Assembly (NCBI GenBank): GCA_964577335.1
Contig: CAZNYY010000001.1
Coordinates: forward strand, 1-41,617
Direction: 5' to 3'
DNA from: an uncultured Oscillospiraceae bacterium
GTDB lineage: Bacteria > Bacillota > Clostridia > UMGS1883 > UMGS1540
Length of the DNA: 41,617 nt
Positions 9,832 to 19,140 of the stretch are shown here, piece after piece (position 1 is the stretch's first letter; each line of letters starts with the position of its first letter). The notes under the pieces were generated by a model. That model did not search any database. It was given only the letters and a program-made list of their open reading frames with translations, and was not told where the DNA came from. The position numbers and the translations under genes were made by a program.

Positions 9832-10784
9832 CTTCTGTTTTCATGTTTTTCATAAGCATTTATAATTTTTTGAACAAGAGGATGGCGCACTATATCTTTG
9901 TCGGACAAATGCATAATGCCTATGCCCTCTATATTTTTCAATATTTTAATAACTTCTTTCAGGCCGGAGCGTTTCCCTTCCGGCAAATCAATCTGCGTTA
10001 TGTCACCCGTTATAATTGCCTTTGAACCAAAACCAATTCTCGTTAAAAACATTTTCATCTGCTCGGGCGTTGTGTTTTGCGCCTCATCAAGTATTATAAA
10101 TGCATCGTCAAGCGTTCTGCCCCTCATATATGCAAGGGGTGCCACTTCAATTAAACCCCGTTCGATGTATTTTTGATAACCTTCTGTTCCCAGCATGTCC
10201 CTAAGCGAATCATAAAGCGGTCTTAAATACGGGTCAACCTTATTCTGCAAATCCCCCGGCAGGAAACCAAGTTTTTCCCCCGCTTCAACCGCCGGTCTTG
10301 TCAAAATAATTTTGTCTACCTGCTTTTTTCTGAATGCATCCACCGCCATTGCCACCGCAAGATATGTTTTCCCCGTACCCGCAGGTCCTATTGACATTGT
10401 GATTGTATTTGTCCTGATTGCCTCCACATATTTTTTCTGTCCGATAGTTTTTGCTTTTACGGGCTTTCCGTTTGCCGTAATGCAAACATAGTTTCCGCCC
10501 AGTGAGCCCGCATCAAATTTAATACCGTCCTCCGCCATTGCAATGGCGTATCTGATGTTTTGCTCGGTCAAATGGTCATCTGAGTTTAAAATCCCCACCA
10601 GGCTTTCAAAAACCCCTATCGCCTTTTCGGCGGCATCCTCGTCACCCATAATTTTTATATTTTCGTCCCTTATTACTATCGACACTCCAAGCTCCTTGCC
10701 TATGAGATTAATATTTCGGTCAAACTCCCCAAACAACTCAGACATGTTTTTTATATTTTCAAGTTTGAATGTTCTCTCCGTCAA
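9828..10784 (-). CDS. phoH: PhoH family ATPase
   Basis: Walker A GPAGTGKT and a PhoH-like core. I place the start at TTG 10784 because AGGAGG sits 6 nt upstream, giving MTERTFKLEN...; this start lies 26 nt inside the yqfD 3' end. The longer ORF-track start at 10889 has no SD. Confidence 0.88.
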   Translation of the reverse strand: MTERTFKLENIKNMSELFGEFDRNINLIGKELGVSIVIRDENIKIMGDEDAAEKAIGVFESLVGILNSDDHLTEQNIRYAIAMAEDGIKFDAGSLGGNYVCITANGKPVKAKTIGQKKYVEAIRTNTITMSIGPAGTGKTYLAVAMAVDAFRKKQVDKIILTRPAVEAGEKLGFLPGDLQNKVDPYLRPLYDSLRDMLGTEGYQKYIERGLIEVAPLAYMRGRTLDDAFIILDEAQNTTPEQMKMFLTRIGFGSKAIITGDITQIDLPEGKRSGLKEVIKILKNIEGIGIMHLSDKDIVRHPLVQKIINAYEKHENRR

Positions 10785-11982
10785 ATACTTCCTCCTGTTC
10801 CGTAATTGCGGCTTTAACGCCGATTTCCTCCCTGCACTCCAAAGTGCAGCGCACCTCAATATTTCCGTTTTCTCCAACCGTGTAATCAATTTTTTTACTT
10901 ATTATTTGCACATCCGCCTCAAGCTCATTCGTTATCTTTTCCCCAAGGGCCTCTCCGTAATACGCCGCCGCTTCATCCTCCGTCATTTCCTTGTAAGTGA
11001 CAAGGGTTTCGTTAAACTCCTCCCGCACCCAGTGCGCCGGCAAATAAAAGTTTTCCCAAAGCCTTAGCTGCTCTTTGTTTTTCACATATTCAAATGTTTC
11101 ATATTCTGTTTTGCCAAAGCCCCAAACCCTTAGATAAAAACCCGAAATATCAAGCCCCGAATAAACCCTGCTATCCCCCGTAAACGTTCTTTCCTCCGCC
11201 GTCAGGGAAAACTCCCCCACATCCTCGTACCATGTTGTCGCCCAAACGGTGGCATCCGCATGAAACAGCCTTGCCCCTTCAAACCTGCTGTCCGCCGCAC
11301 CGCTTATCAAAAGGTCCCCCTTTTTTACAACACTTCCCCGCCCAACTACGGGCTGACCGTTTTTTACAACGAAATCATCCACCACACCGTCACGTTCGGC
11401 AATTATATTACAGGGCTGGTCACTTGGTACAATTTCCGGCTTATCCGTTCTCTCCTTAACCTCCACAAACGCCTTTGTGCCCCTTATATCCACCCATATC
11501 CACGAAAGACCGGGGACATTTATAAGCATCTGCTCTTTAATGGAATGAGCGCTTTTCCCATATTTTATCACACCAACATCAATACCGCAAGACCTTAGCT
11601 CATTTCTTAAAGTATTTTCATCAATCTTTACAATGCCCCGAATTTCAACCGACCATATAAACGAGGTTAAAACGGCAAGTATAATCAAAAACAAAAACAG
11701 TCCTGCCACAAAAGCACGGCGGCGGCGATACCTGTGCATAACGAGGGGCAGACCGCATTTTTTCTTTATCCTTACTGTGGTTTTGGTTTTTCGTGCCGCT
11801 TCACGCATTTTTTTAAAGCCCCGTATTCCCACTTTCATGGTTGCGGTGTTTTTGCTTTTCTTTTTTATGTCCCACAAAAAAACGCCTCGCCTGATTAGCA
11901 AATTAATAAACCTCTCGATAAAAAATCCGTGTACCTCAACTATTATGTATCCGCTAAGAAAATTTATAAGTGAAAATAACAT
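10759..11982 (-). CDS. yqfD: sporulation protein YqfD (stage IV)
   Basis: 407 aa with one central TM segment and YqfD-like length. It sits in the conserved yqfC-yqfD-phoH order. Confidence 0.8.
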   Translation of the reverse strand: MLFSLINFLSGYIIVEVHGFFIERFINLLIRRGVFLWDIKKKSKNTATMKVGIRGFKKMREAARKTKTTVRIKKKCGLPLVMHRYRRRRAFVAGLFLFLIILAVLTSFIWSVEIRGIVKIDENTLRNELRSCGIDVGVIKYGKSAHSIKEQMLINVPGLSWIWVDIRGTKAFVEVKERTDKPEIVPSDQPCNIIAERDGVVDDFVVKNGQPVVGRGSVVKKGDLLISGAADSRFEGARLFHADATVWATTWYEDVGEFSLTAEERTFTGDSRVYSGLDISGFYLRVWGFGKTEYETFEYVKNKEQLRLWENFYLPAHWVREEFNETLVTYKEMTEDEAAAYYGEALGEKITNELEADVQIISKKIDYTVGENGNIEVRCTLECREEIGVKAAITEQEEVFDGENIQT

Positions 11983-12004
11983 ACTCTGTTCCTTTCGTTA
12001 AAAC

Positions 12005-12298
12005 TTAAAATAAAAACTCCATTTTTGTGATTTTGCCCGATATGGTGATGTCCTCATCCGTTATGGTTTTTATGTCTAAAAGTTCCCCTAAAAGAGTAAT
12101 CATGCCAAGGGATGTGTTAAGTTTCACAACTGTGTTGTCATATTCAATTATCCCCTTGTAATTTTCAATAAAGGCCTCCCTGTCACCCAAAACAGTAATT
12201 TTCGGCATACCTAAAACTATGTCACGGGGCAGCTCCAGCGAGCCTACCACCCGCTCCCCCACAGGTATATGAATTTGTTTTTCTTTTTTTTTGCGCAT
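12005..12298 (-). CDS. yqfC: sporulation protein YqfC (YabP/YqfC family)
   Basis: 97 aa from the ATG at 12298 (GGGGAGG SD). The sequence LELPRDIVLGMPKITVLGDREAFIENYKGIIEY resembles B. subtilis YqfC. Confidence 0.82.
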   Translation of the reverse strand: MRKKKEKQIHIPVGERVVGSLELPRDIVLGMPKITVLGDREAFIENYKGIIEYDNTVVKLNTSLGMITLLGELLDIKTITDEDITISGKITKMEFLF

Positions 12299-12444
12299 TG
12301 CAGGCAACCTCCCCAAAAGCTGTAGTATCTTATTTTATCTATATGCCGCCCGCAACCGGCAAATGACTTTTTTCATACATGGCGTTTTTGATGAATAACA
12401 ATATACGGGGTGATAACGCAAAGTAACAGGAATGGAGATTTTTT

Positions 12445-13524
12445 ATGAGGAAAACTTTTATTTGGGTTTTTACAGTATTTCTTGCGGGGATGATAGTGGT
12501 AAACCCTGCACAGTCGCTTGAGGCGGGGCGCTCGGCACTTGTGCTTTGCGCAAATGTGCTTATCCCTTCCCTGCTGCCGTTTTTTATATGCGCAAATATA
12601 CTTATTTACTCGGGCGGTGCCGCATTCTTCGGTCGTTTCTTAAGCTTTTTTATGAAACCGCTATTTAATGTAAACGGTGCTGGCGCATTGGCACTTGCAA
12701 CCGGTATGATTAGCGGTTACCCCTCCGGGGCGGCGGTCACCTGCCGTCTTTATGATGCGGGTGCCGTTACAAGGGATGAGGCGCACCGCCTTTTGGCGTT
12801 TACCAATAATTCCGGTCCTCTTTTTATTATGGGTGCCGTAGGTGTTGGCATTTACGGCAGCCCCCGGCTTGGCGTAATCCTTTATGTATCCCATGTTTTA
12901 GCGGCACTTTTAACAGGAGTGGTTTTTAGGTTTTTCGGTGCGGGGGGCAAGGCTTTGCCCTCGGCACCATCCACCGCAAATGATGCGCAAAATCTTTTAG
13001 GCAACGCCATTTCAGACTCGGTAAAATCAATAATAAATCTCTGCGGTTATGTTGTGTTTTTTGCGGTGCTGACAGCAGTGCTTGAAAAATCCGGAATAAT
13101 AGGTTTACTAACGACAATGTTCGTCGGCACAAAAGCGGATACCTCACTCCTCCTGACAAAGGGTCTTTTTGAAATGGCAACGTCAATTTCCGCTGTACGC
13201 AGCACTAATTTCGCCGCTGTTTCATGTGTTTTGGCAGTGGGCGGACTCTCCGTTTTATTTCAAACCCAAAGCTTTACCTCAAAAAGCGGTCTGTCAATCA
13301 AAACCTATATTTTCGGCAAACTTCTATGCGGCGGGTTTTCCGCACTTATTACACGTTTAATTCTGGCTTTTAACCCCGTTGAAATTGAGGTTTTTGCCGC
13401 CGCGGTCACTTCACTCAAAATAAAAATGTTTTTGTATTATCTTTTGGGTGCTTTTGGTATGGGTATAAGTATTTTTGCTCTCTTTTCGTTTATAAGCCTT
13501 ATATTCTTAGGCAGAAAACGATAA
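12445..13524 (+). CDS. ylbJ: sporulation integral membrane protein YlbJ (nucleoside-recognition/Gate domain)
   Basis: 359-aa polytopic membrane protein with YlbJ-like N-terminal sequence. ATG with GGAG SD 7 nt upstream. Confidence 0.75.
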   Translation: MRKTFIWVFTVFLAGMIVVNPAQSLEAGRSALVLCANVLIPSLLPFFICANILIYSGGAAFFGRFLSFFMKPLFNVNGAGALALATGMISGYPSGAAVTCRLYDAGAVTRDEAHRLLAFTNNSGPLFIMGAVGVGIYGSPRLGVILYVSHVLAALLTGVVFRFFGAGGKALPSAPSTANDAQNLLGNAISDSVKSIINLCGYVVFFAVLTAVLEKSGIIGLLTTMFVGTKADTSLLLTKGLFEMATSISAVRSTNFAAVSCVLAVGGLSVLFQTQSFTSKSGLSIKTYIFGKLLCGGFSALITRLILAFNPVEIEVFAAAVTSLKIKMFLYYLLGAFGMGISIFALFSFISLIFLGRKR

Positions 13525-13534
13525 TCACGCACAA

Positions 13535-13568
13535 AAAAACACGCCGCATATTTTTTTGGCGTGTTTTT
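13535..13568. terminator. bidirectional intrinsic terminator between convergent ylbJ and pdaB-like genes
   Basis: AAAAACACGCC-N12-GGCGTGTTTTT, with a U-run available on both strands. Confidence 0.75.
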
Positions 13569-13611
13569 AGTTTGAATAGTTTTAAACTAAAGGCTATGGA
13601 ACTTAAAATGT

Positions 13612-14370
13612 TTAACTTTTTATTTGCCTGCCCTCATGGTTTATCCTGTAATCTTCTTTATATATCAGCTCTCCTGCGGGTTTAAAGGAATACCCCTCCC
13701 GGGTTATTCTCTCCAGTATCTGCGGTAATGCGGCGGCTGTATTTTTTGTACCATTGTGAAACAGTAATATGGAACCGTTTTTAAGTTTCGGCAATATCCG
13801 CTCAAGCATTTGCGAGGCGGATAAATCCTTATAATCAAGACTGTCAACATCCCACTGAATGGGGTATCTGCCCGTTTCCCTGCACGCCCTTATCAGCTTG
13901 TCATTATATTCCCCATATGGTGCCCTAAACAAATTATTTTCCTGTCCCGTAACCTCTAAAATCTTTCTGTCGCATTCGTCCATATCCTTTTTCATCTCAT
14001 CGGGCGACATGGAGTTAAAATGCGCATGTGTGTCAGAATGATTTGCAACTTCGTGCCCTGCATCCGCAAGCATTTTTGCTGATGCGGGATATTTGTCAAT
14101 CCACTCTCCCGTTGCAAAAAAGGTTGATTTGCAATTATATTTTTCAAGGATTTTTATTATATCCCCTATATCATCATCGTTCCACGCACTGTCAAAAGTT
14201 ACAGACACCACCTTTTGGTCAGTTTCGACGGAATATATGGGCAGTTCACGGTTAGCACCGGACGATGCGGGTGTGCTGTCGATAATCCCCATCGGAAGAA
14301 TTGCTATTACCAAAACTAATACCAATACAACAGTTATAATAGAATACTTGTCAACCACAAAAATTTTCAT
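13612..14370 (-). CDS. polysaccharide deacetylase (NodB homology domain, PdaB-like)
   Basis: 252 aa from the ATG at 14370 (GGAGG SD). It has an N-terminal TM anchor and NodB motifs (TFDSAW..., HEVANHSDTH). Confidence 0.82.
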   Translation of the reverse strand: MKIFVVDKYSIITVVLVLVLVIAILPMGIIDSTPASSGANRELPIYSVETDQKVVSVTFDSAWNDDDIGDIIKILEKYNCKSTFFATGEWIDKYPASAKMLADAGHEVANHSDTHAHFNSMSPDEMKKDMDECDRKILEVTGQENNLFRAPYGEYNDKLIRACRETGRYPIQWDVDSLDYKDLSASQMLERILPKLKNGSILLFHNGTKNTAAALPQILERITREGYSFKPAGELIYKEDYRINHEGRQIKS

Positions 14371-14430
14371 GCGTTCTACCTCCGCAAAGCTTTTGTACAA
14401 TTCTATTCATAACCCATTGTTTTTATGTTT

Positions 14431-15804
14431 TTAAATAACCTTAGCTTCTTTCCATTTGCCTCTTTTAAACCTTATGTGAAATGCAATGGCCCGCACCACC
14501 CAGTCAATATACATCGCATACCATACGCCGTAAAGCTTCCATCCAAAAAAGCTGTTAAACGCATAACTTAAACCTATTCTGAAAATCCACATCGACAGCA
14601 TTGACACCGTCATCGTAAACTTGACATCCCCCGCCGCCCTTAGGGCATTCGCCCTCGTAAATGAATCCGACCAAAACACCGTAGCTACAATGCAATACAT
14701 TATCATTATTTGCCTTGCCATCTCGGCACCTTCAGCGTTGAGGTTGTAAAAGCCTATAAATTGGTGATTGAATATCAAAATCAACATGCAAATAGCCGCA
14801 TTTAAAATCCTGGTCCAGCTCATAATTTTTTGTATATACCGCTTTGCCCCCTCATGATCCCCCGCACCCATTGTCTGACCCACAACCGTAATCATACCTA
14901 TTCCCATTGCCGCACCCGGCATATTAGCAAAGTTGCCCGCATTAAATACTATTGCATTTGCGGCAATTGCAGTGGTGCCAAACGTAGACACCAGCCTTGC
15001 CACCATAAGCCTTCCAAGCTGAAACATCCCGTTTTCAAGCCCGCTCGGGATGCCTATTTTCATAATCCGTTTTATCATGTCAAGCTTAAATTCGGGCTTA
15101 AACATCCTGTCAATATTAATCATATCCGTTCCCCGATGCACAAGACGAAGCATGATAACAGCCCCCACAACCCTTGCCACAAGGGTAGATGTTCCCGCAC
15201 CCGCAACACCCCAACCCATACCGTAAATCAAAATCAGATTAAGCAAGAAATTTATCACGTTCATTATAATGGATGCCAGCATTGAAACTCTGCTGTTATT
15301 CATGATTCTAAAAAGAGCCGCACTCGAATTAAACAATGCTAAAAACGGATACGAAACTGCCGACAAATAAAAATATATTTTTGCATTTTGCATTACATCC
15401 GTCTCAATATTTCCGAACACCGCACTGATTATAGCCTGATTGAACACAAGTGCCGTCAACATAAACAGCAATGCCAAAGAAAGCACGGAATATAAAAGCT
15501 GTTTTGCCGCAACACTTGCATTTTTATAGTCTTTTTTACCTATGTATTGCGCCGATACTATTGCGCCGCCCGTGGCAAGGGCTGCAAACACCTGTATGAG
15601 TAGCACGTTTACCGAGTCCACCAAGGATATGCCCGAAACTGCCGCCTCACCAGAGTTGCTAACCATAATAGTATTCATTATCCCCATGAATACGGCTAAA
15701 AATTGTTCTATAATAAGGGGTATCATTAGTTTTGCTAATGTTTTATTATCAAACAGTTCGCCCGTGGCTGCCTGTGCATCACTCACCAAATCACTTCTCT
15801 CCAT
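14431..15804 (-). CDS. MATE family efflux transporter
   Basis: 457-aa 12-TM protein with MATE-type sequence. The start is either ATG 15804 or TTG 15789, which has GGAGAG 7 nt upstream. Confidence 0.85.
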   Translation of the reverse strand: MERSDLVSDAQAATGELFDNKTLAKLMIPLIIEQFLAVFMGIMNTIMVSNSGEAAVSGISLVDSVNVLLIQVFAALATGGAIVSAQYIGKKDYKNASVAAKQLLYSVLSLALLFMLTALVFNQAIISAVFGNIETDVMQNAKIYFYLSAVSYPFLALFNSSAALFRIMNNSRVSMLASIIMNVINFLLNLILIYGMGWGVAGAGTSTLVARVVGAVIMLRLVHRGTDMINIDRMFKPEFKLDMIKRIMKIGIPSGLENGMFQLGRLMVARLVSTFGTTAIAANAIVFNAGNFANMPGAAMGIGMITVVGQTMGAGDHEGAKRYIQKIMSWTRILNAAICMLILIFNHQFIGFYNLNAEGAEMARQIMIMYCIVATVFWSDSFTRANALRAAGDVKFTMTVSMLSMWIFRIGLSYAFNSFFGWKLYGVWYAMYIDWVVRAIAFHIRFKRGKWKEAKVI

Positions 15805-15819
15805 TTTTGAGATGAAATT

Positions 15820-15848
15820 ATTATATACTATTTTACATGATAATGCAA
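15820..15848 (-). promoter_or_regulatory. sigma-A-type promoter of the MATE gene
   Basis: Minus strand has TTGCAT, a 17-nt spacer, then TATAAT. Confidence 0.55.
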
Positions 15849-15850
15849 AT

Positions 15851-15886
15851 TTTATGGGATGTTAAATATATTTAACATCCCATAAA
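15851..15886. repeat. perfect 36-bp palindrome (terminator and/or operator)
   Basis: TTTATGGGATGTTAAATA|TATTTAACATCCCATAAA. It lies 5 nt after the PBP stop codon and 2 nt upstream of the MATE -35 hexamer. Confidence 0.9.
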
Positions 15887-15891
15887 GCCTT

Positions 15892-17292
15892 TTATTTATT
15901 ATCTGCAAGCCATAGCCGAATTATCTCTCTTGCCATCGGCGCCCCTATCTCGCCGCCTGTTCGTCCGGCATTCTCAACCACTACCGCCACCGCAATCTCA
16001 GGGTTCTCCGCCGGTGCAAAGCCTATAAACCATGCGTGGTCATCCCCTGAGTTTTCAGCCGTGCCCGTTTTCCCCGCAACGGTAACACCCCCTATTGCCG
16101 CCCCCCTGCCCGTACCGCTTTTTACAACTTCCACCATCATCTCCGAAACCTGACTTGCAACATACGAGCTTGTTGCCTGACCAAGCTTTTGAGGTTTTTG
16201 CTTAAATACAGCTACATTTTGTACATTTGCGGAATCTACAATGTAGGGTTTCATCATCACCCCATTATTTCCGATAGCGGCGGCGGTCATAGCCATATTC
16301 AAGGGCGTTACCAGTGCGTCACCCTGCCCTATACCCACCGCCGCAACGGTGGTTTTACCGGGACTGCCCTCAAGCGCTCGGCTTTTTGACAGCGGCACAT
16401 CAAAGGGTATTTCACGGTTTATATAAAAGTTTTCAAGCACCGGGCGAAGCTTTCCTGCCCCAAGCCTATCCGCAAGGTCCGCAAAAAACACATTGCTCGA
16501 CACTGTAAGCGCTTGCTTTATACCAATTTCGCCGTATGCCCTGCCGCCGTAATTTTTAAATTCATGCCCGTCAATAGTAACTCCGCCCGTATCTTCAAAA
16601 GTATCCGTATCCATATTATTTTCAACGGCGGCCGCCGCCACCAGAGTTTTGAAAACAGAGCCGGGCGGATATAAACCGCTTGTTGCACGTGAGAGAAGCG
16701 GACCCCCGCTGTCTTGGCTTATACTTTCCCAATTCTTCACAAGAACTTCCTCGTTGGGATTAAAATCAGGTTTTGAAACCATTGCCAAAATCTCGCCCGT
16801 TTTAGGGTTTATTGCCACAATCGCACCCCGCCTTTTCCCCAAAAGTTCATATGCCTTTTTTTGCAGGGGATGACTTATTGTAAGTGTAATATCCGCACCT
16901 GCGGCATTCTCCCCTTCAAACAGGTTCTTTATATTAAACAATGAGCTTGTAAAGCTTGAGCCCATGATATACCCATTATAACTGCTCTCAATCATTGAGC
17001 GCCCGTATCTTTGGCTGTTGTAGCCTATAATATGCGAATACAAATTATCAAATGGGTATTTGCGGATTTGCACACCGTCAGAAAATTCGCTGTAAGCAAG
17101 CCTCTCCCCGTCCCTGTCGGAAATATCCCCTCTTTTTATTTTGTTTTCACGCTGAAGGGTGCGGGGATTTGCCCCGTCATTAGCAAGTGCGGGGCCTTTG
17201 AATACCAAAAATACGGTTAGGTACAGCACAAGTCCCAAGAACATAGCGGAAAGCAGTATCAATGAATGCAGTATTTTTTTATTATATGACAT
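15892..17292 (-). CDS. class B penicillin-binding protein (PBP2/PbpA-type transpeptidase)
   Basis: 466 aa from the ATG at 17292 (GGAGGA SD), overlapping the FtsW/RodA stop. N-terminal TM anchor, plus SxxK (SVFK), SxN (SSN) and KTG (KTGT) motifs. Confidence 0.9.
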   Translation of the reverse strand: MSYNKKILHSLILLSAMFLGLVLYLTVFLVFKGPALANDGANPRTLQRENKIKRGDISDRDGERLAYSEFSDGVQIRKYPFDNLYSHIIGYNSQRYGRSMIESSYNGYIMGSSFTSSLFNIKNLFEGENAAGADITLTISHPLQKKAYELLGKRRGAIVAINPKTGEILAMVSKPDFNPNEEVLVKNWESISQDSGGPLLSRATSGLYPPGSVFKTLVAAAAVENNMDTDTFEDTGGVTIDGHEFKNYGGRAYGEIGIKQALTVSSNVFFADLADRLGAGKLRPVLENFYINREIPFDVPLSKSRALEGSPGKTTVAAVGIGQGDALVTPLNMAMTAAAIGNNGVMMKPYIVDSANVQNVAVFKQKPQKLGQATSSYVASQVSEMMVEVVKSGTGRGAAIGGVTVAGKTGTAENSGDDHAWFIGFAPAENPEIAVAVVVENAGRTGGEIGAPMAREIIRLWLADNK

Positions 17293-18547
17293 CTGATATT
17301 TCCTCCGTATTACTGGATATTGCCTGCAAAATCGCCAAAGCCGCAAAACACGCCGCAAGGGAACTTCCTCCCGCACTCATAAAAGGAAGGGTAATCCCCG
17401 TCATGGGAATAAAATTTGTAACCCCGCCTATTATTATAAAGCTTTGAAAGGCAAACATTGCGCTAAGCCCAAGTGCCACAGCCTTGTTAAAGGGATTTGT
17501 AACCCGAAGCGCAATTTTTATTCCCCTGTACACCAGCATGAAAAACAAAAATATTACGGCGGTTCCGCCAATCATGCCCATTTCCTCGCAGATTGCGGCA
17601 AAAATAAAGTCATTTTTTATCTCGGGCACATTCCACGGCGAGCCCTGCCCTATCCCCGACCCTGCCACCCCGCCCGATGCCATTGCGTAGAGCGACTGCA
17701 CAATTTGATGGCTTAAATCCCCCGGGTCAACAAAAGGGTCAAGCCATATTGCTATCCTCTGTTGAATATGTGTCATAAAGCGCACTCCCGCCAGTCCGCC
17801 TAAAACTGCAATTACAGCATTTGCCCCTAAAACCCACCACTTTTTGCCAAATACATATTGCATTACAAAATAAATCAGAAAATATAAGAGAGCCGACCCC
17901 CACTCCCTTTGCAGTACCATAAACCCTATATGCATATAAGCGGCGACCATAATTATAAGCTGTCTGCCGGTTTGCGAATTGAACATTCTCATGAAGGAAT
18001 TTCCGTCATAATCTTCATTATATGGCGCTGAATAAAGTGCTGCCAGTGCAAGCACAAAGCTTATTTTTATAATTTCGGAGGGCTGAATGCTGAAAAGACC
18101 AAGGTTTAACCAGTTTTTTGAGCCTCCGCTTGCCTCCCCAAACAAAAGCGTTGCAGTAAAAAGCAAAAATGCAAACCCCAAGTAAACAATAATAAGAATA
18201 GGTTTGTGCCAAAACCTAAAGCTGCGATAGGCAAAAAGCACAACATAAAAGCCTGCCATCCCCAAATAAAAATATTTTATCTGGTCCAAGGCAACATTTG
18301 GGGTAAGCCTTAAAAGCTCAACAATACCTATTGTGAAAATCATTGAAACAATTAAAAAGAGGTAGTCATCACCAAGCGACATGAACAAGATTATGGAATA
18401 CGATATCAAAACCACACCCAACACCGCCGCCGAGTAGTAAAGAACACGGGTGTCAATTTCACTTTTTGAAAAAAATAAAATTCCAAACCCAATCACATTT
18501 GAGATTAAAACAAGAAAAAGCGGTACCAATCTTTTCGCCTTATTCAT
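17282..18547 (-). CDS. FtsW/RodA/SpoVE family (SEDS) peptidoglycan glycosyltransferase
   Basis: 421-aa polytopic SEDS-type protein. Its ATG overlaps the stop of the FHA gene by 8 nt. Confidence 0.9.
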   Translation of the reverse strand: MNKAKRLVPLFLVLISNVIGFGILFFSKSEIDTRVLYYSAAVLGVVLISYSIILFMSLGDDYLFLIVSMIFTIGIVELLRLTPNVALDQIKYFYLGMAGFYVVLFAYRSFRFWHKPILIIVYLGFAFLLFTATLLFGEASGGSKNWLNLGLFSIQPSEIIKISFVLALAALYSAPYNEDYDGNSFMRMFNSQTGRQLIIMVAAYMHIGFMVLQREWGSALLYFLIYFVMQYVFGKKWWVLGANAVIAVLGGLAGVRFMTHIQQRIAIWLDPFVDPGDLSHQIVQSLYAMASGGVAGSGIGQGSPWNVPEIKNDFIFAAICEEMGMIGGTAVIFLFFMLVYRGIKIALRVTNPFNKAVALGLSAMFAFQSFIIIGGVTNFIPMTGITLPFMSAGGSSLAACFAALAILQAISSNTEEISDVI

Positions 18548-19010
18548 CTTCGTTTTCCTCCCCGCCGTCCCCGTCAGTCATGAAAATGAACATAAGTTGA
18601 CCTATTTCCAACTTGTCACCGTTTAAAAGCTCAATAGGGTCACCCAAAACGCTGTTGCCGTTTAAAAGAGTTCCGTTAGTGCTACCTAAATCACTCAAAT
18701 AATAAACACCCTCTCGAAACAGTATCTCGGCATGGCGTTGCGACATAAAGGGGTCGTCTATAGAAATATCACACCGCCTATCACGCCCGATAACGATATC
18801 CTTTGAAATATTATAGCTTTCATAAACGGGGAAATCCAAGCTTTGACGCAAGTTCAAAAGCTTTAAATATGTCGAGGCGGCAATATCTCCCGATTTACGC
18901 CGGCTCATCACTGCAATATCTAAATTTACCATTTTAATAATTTTAAATATAAAAACGTATATCAGCAAAACGAAAATGTAGGTGAACAGCTTAGGAATAA
19001 TTTCAAGCAT
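18540..19010 (-). CDS. membrane-anchored FHA domain protein
   Basis: 156 aa from the ATG at 19010 (GGAGAG SD). N-terminal TM helix and C-terminal FHA domain (GRDRRCDISIDDPFMSQRHAEI...STNGTLLNG). Confidence 0.85.
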   Translation of the reverse strand: MLEIIPKLFTYIFVLLIYVFIFKIIKMVNLDIAVMSRRKSGDIAASTYLKLLNLRQSLDFPVYESYNISKDIVIGRDRRCDISIDDPFMSQRHAEILFREGVYYLSDLGSTNGTLLNGNSVLGDPIELLNGDKLEIGQLMFIFMTDGDGGEENEDE

Positions 19011-19056
19011 ATTATCACTCTCCAGCATCATGTTCCTGTTCAGGTCTTTTTACATG

Positions 19057-19086
19057 AATATATCATATGTTTTCATATAATGTCAA
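19057..19086 (-). promoter_or_regulatory. sigma-A-type promoter of the FHA-FtsW-PBP operon
   Basis: Minus strand has TTGACA, an 18-nt spacer, then TATATT, between the rplL terminator and the FHA gene. Confidence 0.5.
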
Positions 19087-19112
19087 GTAATTGCTGCGCA
19101 ATTTCCTATATT

Positions 19113-19140
19113 AGAAAAACCCCTGTGCGATGCACAGGGG
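19113..19140 (-). terminator. intrinsic terminator after rplL
   Basis: Minus strand reads CCCCTGTGC-ATC-GCACAGGGG followed by TTTTTCT. Confidence 0.85.

Noticed and set aside
12374-12379. Sigma-E/K-like -10 element CATACA upstream of ylbJ, and a GCATATA -35-like element upstream of yqfC
   Set aside because: Only one half of each bipartite consensus is present at correct spacing. This is too weak to call from sequence alone, although mother-cell sigma-factor control of these genes is expected biologically.
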